A DNA stretch of 64,000 nucleotides, taken from Azolla caroliniana (lineage: Eukaryota; Plantae; Polypodiophyta). Positions 37,050-49,020 of this stretch are shown here, piece after piece; within the stretch, counting starts at the first letter, position 1, and each line of letters opens with the position of its first letter. The notes beneath the pieces were generated by a model. That model saw only the letters and a program-made list of their open reading frames with translations, was not told where the DNA came from and did not search any database. The stretch lies in assembly GCA_043228905.1 (NCBI GenBank), contig JBHGNT010000008.1, positions 13,516,001 to 13,580,000 on the forward strand, read 5' to 3'. A program made the translations under genes and the position numbers.

Positions 37050-39901
37050 ATATGGTTCATTCTATGGTTATAAATAGTACAAGAAAAAAAAATATAGTGA
37101 TACTAAAGTTGCCTTAGCCCTTGGTATTCAAAGAAGGAACTTGAGTAAGCATCGAACAAATATATAGTCAAATCAATTTAAGTGGATGGGGTTAGGCCGT
37201 AGACGACGATGTGATGCCTTGTCTCATGATATTATTGAGAAAGTGGATTCCTTTTGGACAAAAAACACACATGTCTATTACCCATAAGAATATACGGGGA
37301 GGCATAAGGGTAGGTGTAATGATGTGGTTGATGTGTATGTGTAAAGTAAATGAGTGTGTGAGGATGAGTATATGTATGGACACATGCACAATTATGTGCA
37401 TGAGTACAAGAATGTGTAACGGTCTTATTTGTAACGGTCATGTAACTGTTACATTGGATGTATTATATAAACCCCCTATGGGGTATGTAATGAATACAAC
37501 TTTTTTCCTCTCATTTTGTGTCATTTTCTATTTGTCTCTCTTTCTTTCTCTCTCTCACGTAACCCCCTTGGGAGGGGGGTCAAGCCACCCCAACAATACT
37601 TTTGGCACGGCCGAACGACCAACCCTCCTTTGAGAGGAAGTCCCCCTCTCTCCCTCTCTTTTGCGTCTCTATGTCTATAAGTGTGGGTATGTGGTACTGC
37701 AAACGAAACCTAAAGCCAATGGCATCCATGGCTATGGTGCCTAAAGCTCCCACCGCCGCCGCCATCGCTGCCGCCATCGCCGCTGCAATCGTTGCCGACG
37801 CCGCAATCCGCTAGAAGTGAAAGGCGAGAATATGAATGGAAGCAAGAAGAGAGGGGCATTCAAAAAGTGCGAGGGCATATCGCAAAATTTCAAAAATTGG
37901 AGGGCATCAAAACCGAATTTCAGAAGTTGGAGGGCAGATGACGGAATTTCAAAAGCTCGAGGTCATGAGACCAAATTTCAAAAACTGGAGGGTAGAAGAC
38001 AAATTTTCAAAAGCTCAAGGGCAGAAGATGAAATTAAAAAAACTGGAGGGTAGAAGAGAATATATATTTTTTAAAAACAGGAGGCCCTATGATAAAAACT
38101 TTTAAAAAAATTTGAGGGCAAAATTTTAAAGACCAAAGGGTAAAAAATATAAAACTCACTTCTCATGATGAAAAAAAGAATACAGAAACGCACAACACGA
38201 TTTCACGACCCATGCCACATTGAACTAGCCGATTGGTGTATGATCCAATTGCGACTTGTGCTGACCGAACGAGAAGGTTTGAGTCAAGCAAAGCTTCGAT
38301 CGAAGTTATCGATCGTAGAGCAGTGATCCAGTCAAGGGATTTCCGACCGTTGAGACGACCGATGGAATTCCGGTCGAGAAGAGTTGCCATGGCGAGTGGC
38401 TTCACCATGCAATGCACTATCCCAGAGGCGTGCCATGTGTTACCTGTAAGAATATACGGGGAGGCATAAGGGTAGGTGTAATGATGTGGTTGATGCGTAT
38501 GTGTAAAGTAAATGAGTGTGTGAGGATGAGTATGTGTATGGACACATGCACAATTATGTACATGAGTACAAGATTGTGTAACGGTCTTATTTATAACGGT
38601 CATGTAACCGTTACATTGGATGTATTATATAAACCCCCTACGGGGTATGTAATGAATATAGCTTTTTCCCTCTCATTTTGTGACATTTTCTATTTGTCTC
38701 TCTTTCTTTCTCTCTCTGATGTAACCCGCTTGGGAGGGGGGTGAAGCCATTCTAGGCTTCACCCCCCACCCCAACAACAATGTCTCACCGTATAAAAAAG
38801 ATGTATGTAGAAAACGTATAAGTCGGGGTAGGTACCAGATTCACCCAAGACACTTCTTGGAGATGACTGAGGTAATTCTTTTGTTTTTATCTATTTGGTT
38901 TTAAATATTTTTTTTTTTACTAAAGGATTCTATTAACGTTAACTATTTATTAACTTATGTAGGCTGAATTGTTCATGAACTTCAAAGACCAACATCCTAA
39001 CATCAATCTTGGATTTCGCAAGCTCCAAGGTTTGAAACCGTTTTTTGTTAGAGGAACACATGTTGTTGTGTGTACTACATTAAAATGGACATGTTGGGGC
39101 TTGGCTTGAACACTATGTGTACTGATTCTAAGGGTATACACGGGGATGGGTGTGTTTGCACTTGTGTGGTATGTAGACCAAATGGGAGTGATAATAGATG
39201 TAATGCACGAAACATGACTTATGCAACGGTTTTTGAGTTATGGAGATATTTTGTTTGCGAAAAACAACCATCATCTGAGTGGCATAATCGTACATGTCTT
39301 TTAAGAACATGTAAGGTTTGCCCACAACCATCATTTTGTAGATAGGAGCTTGATGTAGATAACTGTCATATTGTGAAATAGAAATATTTAGACTATGTGA
39401 CAGAAAATATAGGTAAGGGTCTCGTTAGTAAGCGTATCAAGGAAGTATATAAGGAGACATGTGTTGCTACCCTTGTCTTAGAGTTTAAGAACCAACTCGG
39501 GGAGTTCATTCCACATAACTTTAGGAGTAATTGGTAAAATTCATAGTTCAAGGAATGTATAAATAACTTACCACCAGATGTTCTAGTATTTGTTATTAAC
39601 TTTGTAGAGAACTATACGTTTAAAATTCAAAATGAGATTCAATCATTGCATTGGTACAATGACCAATGTACAATACTTGTACATATTTGCTACTAGAGAG
39701 AAGATGGTCAGTTACATAAGAAATCAATATTCTACATTTCAGATAAGAAAAAGCATGATATGCTATTTGTTCAACATTGTTCTAAGCTTCACCATGAAGA
39801 TTTATTGTCCTTGGGTGTTAAATTTAATCGCCATTGGGTTTGGAATGATGGTGTTACCTCGCAATTTAAGGTGACCCGGTCCTTCTACTTCATTGCAAGG
39901 T
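37050..39901 (+). pseudogene. Second Sola2-like transposase pseudogene, interrupted by the LTR element 37276-38779 and lacking the final catalytic exon
   Basis: FWTKNTHVSPYKKDVCRKR is restored by removing the insert. Intron 38872-38962. Motifs INFVENYTFKIQNEIQSLHW, FYISDKKKHD and WNDGVTSQFK. Splice donor at 39900. Left edge is approximate. Confidence 0.75.
37276..38779 (+). mobile_element. Non-autonomous LTR element (TRIM/LARD-like) with LTRs 37276-37598 and 38438-38779
   Basis: Direct repeats with TSD ATGTC at 37271-37275 and 38780-38784, and no pol motifs. Orientation is inferred from the TATA followed by a CT-rich U5. Confidence 0.9.
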
Positions 39902-39959
39902 GAGGAAATAATCCATATGTTTGGTACTTATAAATGAAAGTCTATTTTGGTATTACTCC

Positions 39960-40740
39960 ATAGTACTTATAAATGTTTGTATAAAATACTGAATTAGTAA
40001 TTCTCTAGCTACATGCACCCGTACTGTCTTGAAATGTGAATCTGAATTGATTGGCCATTTAGTTCTCTCCTTCTCGATTCACTAGTATTGATTATGGTAA
40101 TAACCATGTTAAGTAAACTTAACTTATAGCTTAGTATTGTCCTCCTACGTGCACAACTACTAATTAAGGTTTAGGCATTGTAATGTATCCTTAATTTACA
40201 ACTAAGTACTCAGATCCCACATGCATTGTCCTCTCTGGTGCACATGCACAAGTACTGACTATGGTTTACAACTAAGTACTCAGATCCCGCATGCACAAGC
40301 TAATTTATAACTTAGGACTGTATTCCTTCATTGGCACGAGTACTAATTTATATCTCAACACTGCCCTCTCTTGTGCATTAGTACTAATGAATAACTTAGT
40401 ACTATCCTCTTTCGTTCATTAGTACTAATTTATAACTTTGGACTGTCATCTGGCAAGCACAAGTACTAATTAATACTTACATTGTCTTCTCTCAATAATG
40501 TTTGTACTAATTCATAACTTAGTTGTATTCAACTTTGTTCGTCAGTACTAATTTATAACTTAGGATTGTCCTCTCTCATTAATACTAATTATTAACTTCG
40601 TACTATCCAACCATGTTCATTAGTACTAATTATTAACTTAGAACTATCCAACTTTGTTCATTAAGACCAACGTATAAGTTAGGACTGTCCTCTCTCATGC
40701 ATTAGTACTAATTAATAACTTAGTACTCTCCAACTTTGTT
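39960..40740. repeat. Degenerate array of the palindrome TTAGTACTAA, downstream of a transposase splice donor
   Basis: Recurring cattagtactaatttataacttag units of about 40 bp. Confidence 0.8.
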
Positions 40741-41507
40741 AAGAGTTTGCTAACGTAGACATATGTAAGATCAGAGTGTTCATTCCACTCATCACTCATC
40801 TTCTCACTGTCACATGTGTGCATAACAAGTAAACCAAAACAATGTCACGATGAGGGTAATCAATAACTTAACATTCCTATCATTACAAAACAACCAGCCC
40901 GATACAATAAACTTAGCTAGGTATTGAGTGGCACTTCCTCATCGGAGGTAGTAGACTACTGAGTGGTAGGAGGCAGTAGGAAATTAGCTACAATGCATAT
41001 CAAGTTAGTACTTAAACTGTGTTAAGTGTTTACTAATCTAGACATATCTAAGATAGGAGTGTTCATTCCACTCACGACTTTACATTCTCACTGTCACATG
41101 TGTGCATAACAAGTAAACCAAAACTGTGTCAAGATGAGGTTAATCAATAACTTAGCATTCCTTTCAATAACTTTGCATCCAATTCATAGTCTGGATAAGT
41201 AAACCAAAATAGTGTCAAGAAGTAGGTAATCAATAACTTTACATTCGGTAATCAATTACATACAACAATCAAACATCAATAAACTTTGGTTTTAGTTTTT
41301 TCTGGATCTTGTAATGCACCTATTTTTGGTTTCATTCTTCTCAGATTTCACACCCTTCATTATCTTAAAGCCATGAGGTAGTAAACTACTTAGTGGCAAT
41401 TCATCATCGGAGGGTGAAGCCAAGCTTGAGGGAACATTGTGCTCTATTGCAACTGCTTGAGATGCACACATTTCCAAGAAGATGTGGTCGATAGTCTTAC
41501 CAGAAAT

Positions 41508-44489
41508 CGTTGTACGTTTTAGGGTTAGGGTTAAGGGCGACGACGACGATGAATGATAACTATGATGATTGGTAATGAAGATAGACATGGTGATGGAGAG
41601 TATGATGGTGAGAGAGATCATATAGAGAAGCATTGCGGGGTAGGGGGTGGTGCCTAGAATGGCTCCACCCCCCTCCCAAGGGGGTTCAACATGAGAGAGG
41701 GAGAGAGAAGAGAAAAGGTGACAAAGAGAGAGATTAGACATAAATGTTCATTCATGTTTCCTTCATTCCCCATAAGGGGTTAAATAGTACAAGAGGGGGT
41801 AGATACATAGGGGTGTAGGCCCCCTCGAGCATTCATACTGGACACTCACTCACACCTCCTCGTATCCATCCACATGCACACACTTGTGCATGTGTTCACA
41901 TACGTATCGACTCACAATTACATTTATGCCTCCTACACATACACAACAACATCATGATAACATTCGACCCTCGATCATCACACTTGACTCTCCGTACATC
42001 TCGTACGGGGTAACACAATATGGCACGCCCGTGGGAAAGTGCCTTGCACGTCGATCCCACATGCCTTGATGATGATATTTCTTTGACCGGAACTTCCATC
42101 GGTCCTTTCAACGATCGACTCCCTCAATCAGAGTGCTTGACTCGAACATCTTTGTCGGTCAGCAAATCTTTCCGCGACACAAACATTCTCGTTTTGTCGG
42201 CTTACGAACTTCTTCATGGGTCCAAAATCATGTCGTGTGTATGTATGTTCTTCCTTTGTTTTGAGTGTGTGTGAGTAGTCTTGGGGATTTTCAAAATTTT
42301 GGTGGTGCCCTCTTGTTTTTTAAAATGTTATATTGTACCCTCATGTTTTTAAAATTTCATGGATGCCCTCATCTCCTTTTTTCCCTCTCTCTTGTATTTC
42401 TATTTGGTTTTGTTATGATTTGAGTTTTGCTTTTAGGTCGTTTTTCCTTCGCTTTTGTGTTTGTCTTCTTCTCTGCTTCTTACGTTTCTCTCTTGCCGTT
42501 GTCTGCATCTTTCTTTTCTTCCCGCCTTCTTGCGATTCGTTAGCTTTCTTCTCTTCAAGAGAAAGGCTTCTATCTTCCTCTTCATCCTCTTCCAATCTAT
42601 TTTATCTCTGTCTATTTGTCTTAGTTCATGCTCATCTTGTTATCTCTTTCTCCCCTCTGTTTCTTCTTCTTCTTCTTCTGTGTTGTTTCGATCCGTTTCT
42701 TCCTCCACTCATCGACCTGCTCTCCGTCGTTGTCATTGTCTCCTTCGCTTTTCGGCGGCTCTGTTTCCGGCTACGTCGCTTTTCGGTGTCAATGTCCCAT
42801 CGTCTGGTCGTTGCCGTTGCCGTTGCCATTGCCATGGTTGTACATTTCGACTGTCATCTCTGTCACTCTTTGACTCTGTTTGGCCGTCGTCCCGCTGTTT
42901 GTCCGTCTCCATCTTCGTCGTTCTCTAGCGTCGTCTGGTCCAGCCGCCTCCGTTCTGGCATTGTTTAGCCACTACGACCACTCTTAGGTCGCTCTCCGGC
43001 CTCTCCTCCATCTCTGTCGGTGTTCTAGCCTTCGAGCCATCTTAGTCCGGCTCGTTCCGGTCGGTTTTCCGGCAGTTAGTTCGGTTGTTGTCCGTCGTCT
43101 TTCGGTCGTGCATCCGGTCCGTCGTCCCGGCCGCCTGTCTGCATCTGGTTATTCCGACTGGTTTCCGGCCCTTCCGACCGCTCTCCAACCGCTCAGACTG
43201 TTGCCCGGTTGCTCTTCAGCCGCTGTCTGGCCGTTATTCGGCCATTCCGACCTCTCTACGGTCGCTCCGACTGTTGTCCGGCCACTTAGACACTTCGGCT
43301 GCTATCCGGTCACTCCGGCCACTCTTGCCCGTTGTTCAGCCATTCCGGCGAGTTCTGCCCATTTGGTTGTACTTCTGGTTCCTTGTTCCCGGCCATCTGA
43401 CTAGTCGTGTCTTTCCGCGTCGGTTTGTATTTCTTTGGCTTTCTTAATTGCCTTCTCCATCTTTGTTCCAACAATTCCCTTTGGTCCAGTCGTTTGCTTT
43501 CTGGCCATGTGTGTCCGGTCATATGTGGATAGAAATGCACTCTCGCATCTTTGGAAGATACAACATGTGGTGGTTGGGTCTCGCATCGATCATAGGCTTT
43601 ATTTCTCCCTTGCTTTTTTCTTCTTTCTTTGCGATCAAATCCACGCCAAAAAGACCAATCACATGTCAAACAAAATACACTTGTATAGACATTAATTTGT
43701 ATCAGAATCATGGCACGGATAATCAATCTGTCATTTCTTGCTTCTCATGCACATCATGGTCGCCATTTTTTGCATATTGTTGTCGATTCCATTTCTTGCA
43801 GATCATCACCACGTAACATTCTTCATCTTCCTTGCGCACAACATCACCCTGTTGCATTCCTCGACGGCTTTCAATCACCATCACCATTTCTTGCATATTT
43901 TGTCGTTATTGACTTGCATCGCCACATATCATTCTTCGACTCCGTCTCCAAAGGGGGGTCGCCTTAGCGGTTGCCAAAAGGTGTTGTACATTTTAGGGTT
44001 AGGGTTAAGGACGACGACGACGATGAATGATAACTATGATGATTGGTAATGAAGATAGACATGGTGATGGAGAGTATGATGGTGAGAGAGATCATATAGA
44101 GAAGCATTGTGGGGTGGGGGGTGGTGCCTAGAATGGCTCCACCCCCCTCCCAAGGGGGTTCAACGTGAGAGAGGGAGAGAGAAGAGAAAAGGTGACAAAG
44201 AGAGAGATTAGAGAGAAATGTTCATTCATGTTTCCTTCATTCCCCATAAGGAGTTAAATAGTACAAGAGGGGGTAGATACATAGGGGTGTAGGCCCCCTC
44301 GAGCATTCATATTGGACACTCACTCACACCTCCTCGTATCCATCCACATGCACACACTTGTGCATGTGTTCACATACGTATCGACTCACAATTACATTCA
44401 TGCCTCCTACACATACACAACAACATCATGATAACATTCGACCCTCGATCATCACACTTGACGCTCCGTACATCTCGTACGGGGTAACA
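41508..44489 (-). mobile_element. Non-autonomous LTR element related to 37276-38779, with LTRs 41508-42015 and 43982-44489
   Basis: 508-bp direct repeats and TSD GAAAT at 41503-41507 and 44490-44494. Shares the cctagaatggct..acccccctcccaag hairpin region and ~220 bp of internal sequence with the 37276 element in the opposite orientation. Confidence 0.92.
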
Positions 44490-45949
44490 GAAATCTCCTG
44501 AAGGTCATTGGACACATCATTCTTCAATTTTCCCGGCTCCGCTTCATGGGTAGACACCACTACCACTTTATTAGGAGTACAAACATGTTCCTCATCTTGG
44601 GTGCTTGTCTTCATTGCAAACTCCCCACTGATGATACTAGACACTTGCTCCAAGTGCAACTACGTGCAATATTTTGGACAGACACCTCATTCGTAGTACC
44701 ACCCTCTCCTTCTTCTTGTGTAGTTGCTACAATCTCCTTAATAATATAATCTTGTCCTAGGTTAAGGCTTTTTGTGGTGTTTTGGATACACACCTTATTC
44801 TTTGTAAAACCATGATCCTCTCCTTGGGTCAAATTCACATTCCCTACAAACTCCTCGTATAAGTTGCTTGTCCACTCCAGCCCCTCTTTCTGGGTGATTT
44901 CACATTCCTCATGTGTGGTAGCATCTGAGCCTGAATAATCAAGATTGCTCCATAAACTGCCTAAATCATTTGATGGTATTTGTGAATCTCCATGCTCTTC
45001 TATACCTAAATAAAATAGAGGGATGCAAGAACAATATCAATTCACATTCTCAAAAAAGTCAAAGCACCTAGCCAAATGTTTAAGGTTAAGGGACAAATGT
45101 TTACCTACTGTTACATCTTCATCCTGATCTTTTCTAGATGAGTCTTTGCATATGACCGTGTTTGTCACATGCTGTAGGACGTGGTTTGCATTGGCATCAC
45201 AATTGTCATTGTTGCTTGGGATGGTCCCAATTTCAAGTTGGGGCTCTTCATCATGCCAATATTTCACAACACTCTCTATATATTAATACACTTGTACATT
45301 ATTGTCACATGAAGTTATGGTGAAAATAACTATTAGATGAGAGGGCTCCCAACATATACCTAGAAGTGAGATAAATTCTTCTTCATATTGTGGCTCTGAA
45401 TCTGTATCTCCATTTTCATTACTCTTTTCTTCCTTGTCTAAAATCAAAAGTACGTAGTATTAGTCATTAAACTCATTAACTTTACAATAGCCACAAGTTT
45501 GTGAAAATTTGTATTACCCACCACCACAATCAACTTTGCATTTCTTCCCCTTTCCATACAATTTCCTTGCAGCATTACGCTTCTTCATAGACTCTTTGAT
45601 AGAAACATAATAAATTAGTAGTATACCAACATTTTAGAAATTAGAAGTGCAAACAAAATTACCATTACCATTCACACAGTCAGGGTGTGCCGAGCTAGGA
45701 GATTTTGTTTCAAGCAACACATCTTCAACTCTTCCAATGGCCCTTCTCATACATTCATTCTCACCATAAATTTCATCAAGTGCCACTAAGGAACGACCGT
45801 GGACTTTGGAATTTGCAATAGACTTTGTACGTAGTATCACGGGGCTTGGTTTGTCAATTACCTTCCCTAGTGTGGTGTTGCTAGATACTACAACATTCAT
45901 ATTATAAGCATACATATATAAGAGTACATATTATTATACCATGAGTCCA

Positions 45950-46875
45950 AAATTACAAATATTATTAGTACTTATTCAACTAAGAAAGAAGCAATAAAAT
46001 GTAATCAGTAATGTTAGTACTTAATCAACAACTTAGGACCTTAAAGGAATATAGTAAATTGATCCACCTGGACATGCATATTTCATCTGGTAATGAACAA
46101 TGTTAGTACTAAACAACCAAGACCGACATGCCTATTTGTTGGATCATCGAAAGCCTCCGTACTAATACAAAAAGTACAATGCAATAAGCAATGTTAGTAC
46201 TAATACAAGTTATACAATTAAACATTTAAGACCCTCCGTACCAAATAATCAATACTAAATCAATTGATCACGAAGGAATACAATTTAATCAGTATTGTTA
46301 GTACTTACTCAACAACTTAGGAACTTAAAGGAATAGTACTGATCCACCTGGACATGCATATTTCATCTGGTAATGAACAATGTTAGTACTAAAAAGCCAA
46401 GACATTCATGCCTATTTGTTCGGTCATGCAAAGCCTAAGTCAAGTGGACTCAAAACGTACAATGCAATAAACCAATGTTAGTACTAATACAAGTTATACA
46501 ACTAAACATTTACAACCTTCTGTACTAAATAATCAATACTGAATCAATTGATCACGAAGGAATACAATGTAATCAGTAATGTTAGTACTTAATAACATCT
46601 TAGGAACTTAAGGGAATAGTACTGAACCACTTGGACATGCATATTTGATTTGGTACTGAACAATGTTAGTACTAAACATCCAAGAATGACATGTGTATTT
46701 GTTCGATCATGCAAAGCCTAAGTCAAGTGGACACAAAAAGTACAATGCAATAAACAATGTTAGTACTAATACACGTTATACAACTAAACATTTAAGACCT
46801 TTAATACTAAATAATCCGCACTAAATCAATTGATCATAATGTATTACAATGTAATTAGTAATGTTAGTACTGAAT
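45950..46875. repeat. ~284-bp tandem repeat (3+ copies) built on aatgttagtactaa subunits
   Basis: Unit starts near 45997, 46281, 46565 and 46847. Confidence 0.85.
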
Positions 46876-49020
46876 CATGAAAAAAGGATCTTGAGGAAAC
46901 AATACTCATAGGTATAAGAACAGAACCAAAAGTAGAATTATAAAATTATAGTATACAAATTGCATAATGCTTAATCCCATACCATAGGAGTGTACTTTCA
47001 AACCCCAATCTAGGTACCGTTCGGCTCCAATTGTACTTTTACGGTCCAAACATATATTTTCTTTCTCGAAATGGTACTTAGCGCATAAAAAATGATATGT
47101 ACATACAAGCATGGTGTAATGATAGCATCCATAGACTCAAGCTTGACTCCAAGGCCATAGAATAAACACCTTCAGTGACGAGACACGACATACACTATAT
47201 TAGCACCAATGATATTTTATACCATAGAAGGTGAAAAAAGAGAAATATAAACCATTACCGTAATATAGTAATGTTTGTAATTCTACTTTCCATGCAAGCG
47301 GGATGCTCAATTACATCTGGACACGTAGTATCTAAACCTTTTTCTTTAAGACCCTTCATCGAACATGTTAGGTTCTCTTAATGTAGCTTTAAGCCTGATA
47401 ATTGCTCATCAATTTTAGAACGAGAAGACCATCATGTCTCTAGACCTTTCTTCTGTGCTTCCAGATGAGTACCCATAGTTGTGAGCTCTTTCTTCAACTC
47501 CTCTTTTAACACATCACTTTCAAAATTTTGCATTGTTGATGCAATACATTCGTATGTATTCGACATAGATGTGAATTGTTTCTCTACTGCCATCTCACCA
47601 GATGAAACTTCTTCCAAATCGGCTAGCAGTGCTTGCATTTTTGTTTGCATGGAATCTATACATCGCAACAATCACTCTTCATGTTTTTCTGTTAGTGTGG
47701 CTTTTTCTTTTGCAATTTGTTGAGTCAACACAGATGTCTGAGTTGGGATTGCAATATGAGAGGTACCCTCAGATTTCATGGTAATGTTGGTACCTGAGGA
47801 CCGTCTATAATGTGATGATCAATGATGAGCAAAATCTTCCAAATCAACTTCAATGCCACCATGGAGTTCACATGCAAATGCATGTGCAAAGACAGATGCT
47901 ACCTCATTGTTTAGCATATGTTTTGTATTATAAACTTGTTCATATCGTGACTTTAGTTCAGTGATATAATCCTTCTTCAATTGAGTGAGGTGGAAACCTC
48001 TCCTTGTCTAGGGTTGTTATGAGCCCCAAGTTTTCATCATCCACATGTTTAGGTCTTCATAAGTGTCAGGTCGTGCACGAAGGAAATAACCCATCCTAAT
48101 TTTGTACCTCGAAGGATGTTTGTGTGAATCTTCTTGCGCTGAGTTATTGAAAATGTCGACCTCCCTCTGGTGGGGGTTCTCTTACTTTCTTTGATGGGGG
48201 TCGTTTTTCTCTCCTTGCATGGTGTGTTGACATTTTCTTCTTCGTGGGTGTCTTTCTTGTCATTAGAATCATGTCTCTCTTCTTCGCCTCACATGCACAA
48301 CAATAGTAATTAATAGTAAAATCATGCACAAAAATAGTAAACAATATTAAATAATATACAATTCAAGGAGATGTCGGATATGAAACATAATGTTAACTCC
48401 CGATACATAACATATACATATCCATCATAACAGTTCTAAATCAAGTAGGAAAACAAGAATAATAAGAACGACAAGAACAACATGCACAAAAAAAAGGACA
48501 AGAACAAGTACAAGATCAAGATCATTTAACAAGAACCCTCTTTCAATATATCAACATGTACAAAATTCAAGAACCCTAAATGACAATATCACATAGAATC
48601 AAACATACAATAGAACATGTACCAAATGTCATTAGGGTTGGGGTTGTAAAAAATTCAAGCACCTATAGAAAATGACTTAAGCATGTTGACCGACTCTCAA
48701 ATTCAAGCATATGCATGTACAAAGCTCTCAAATGATCAAGGGAGAACAACAACAAAAAAACCCTAAACGATAATAACAAATAGAATCAAACATACAGATT
48801 AACATGTCCCAAACATCGTTATGGTTGCAGATGTTTAAGCATGTACAAGACTCTCAAATTCAAGCATATGCATTTACAAAGCACTCAAATGATCTAGGGA
48901 GAACAACAACAACAACAACAACAATTAAACCCTAAATGACAAAAACAAATAGAATCAAACATATAGTGTACCAAATGTCGTTGTTGAAGTCTTTGAAGAG
49001 GGGACGCGTTTGAAACACGG

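Larger units (their letters stand above)
41292..48290 (-). pseudogene. Decayed multi-exon gene of unknown function (coiled-coil and acidic regions), probably transposon-borne
   Basis: Short GT-AG introns between 44500 and 45920 and a coiled-coil ORF at 47432-47671. The frame LQEIS-GKTID is restored when 41508-44494 is removed. Confidence 0.45.

Noticed and set aside
42333-44049. Multiple 100-210 aa ORFs inside the non-autonomous element
   Set aside because: Low-complexity CT/CCG-rich sequence with no gag or pol motifs.
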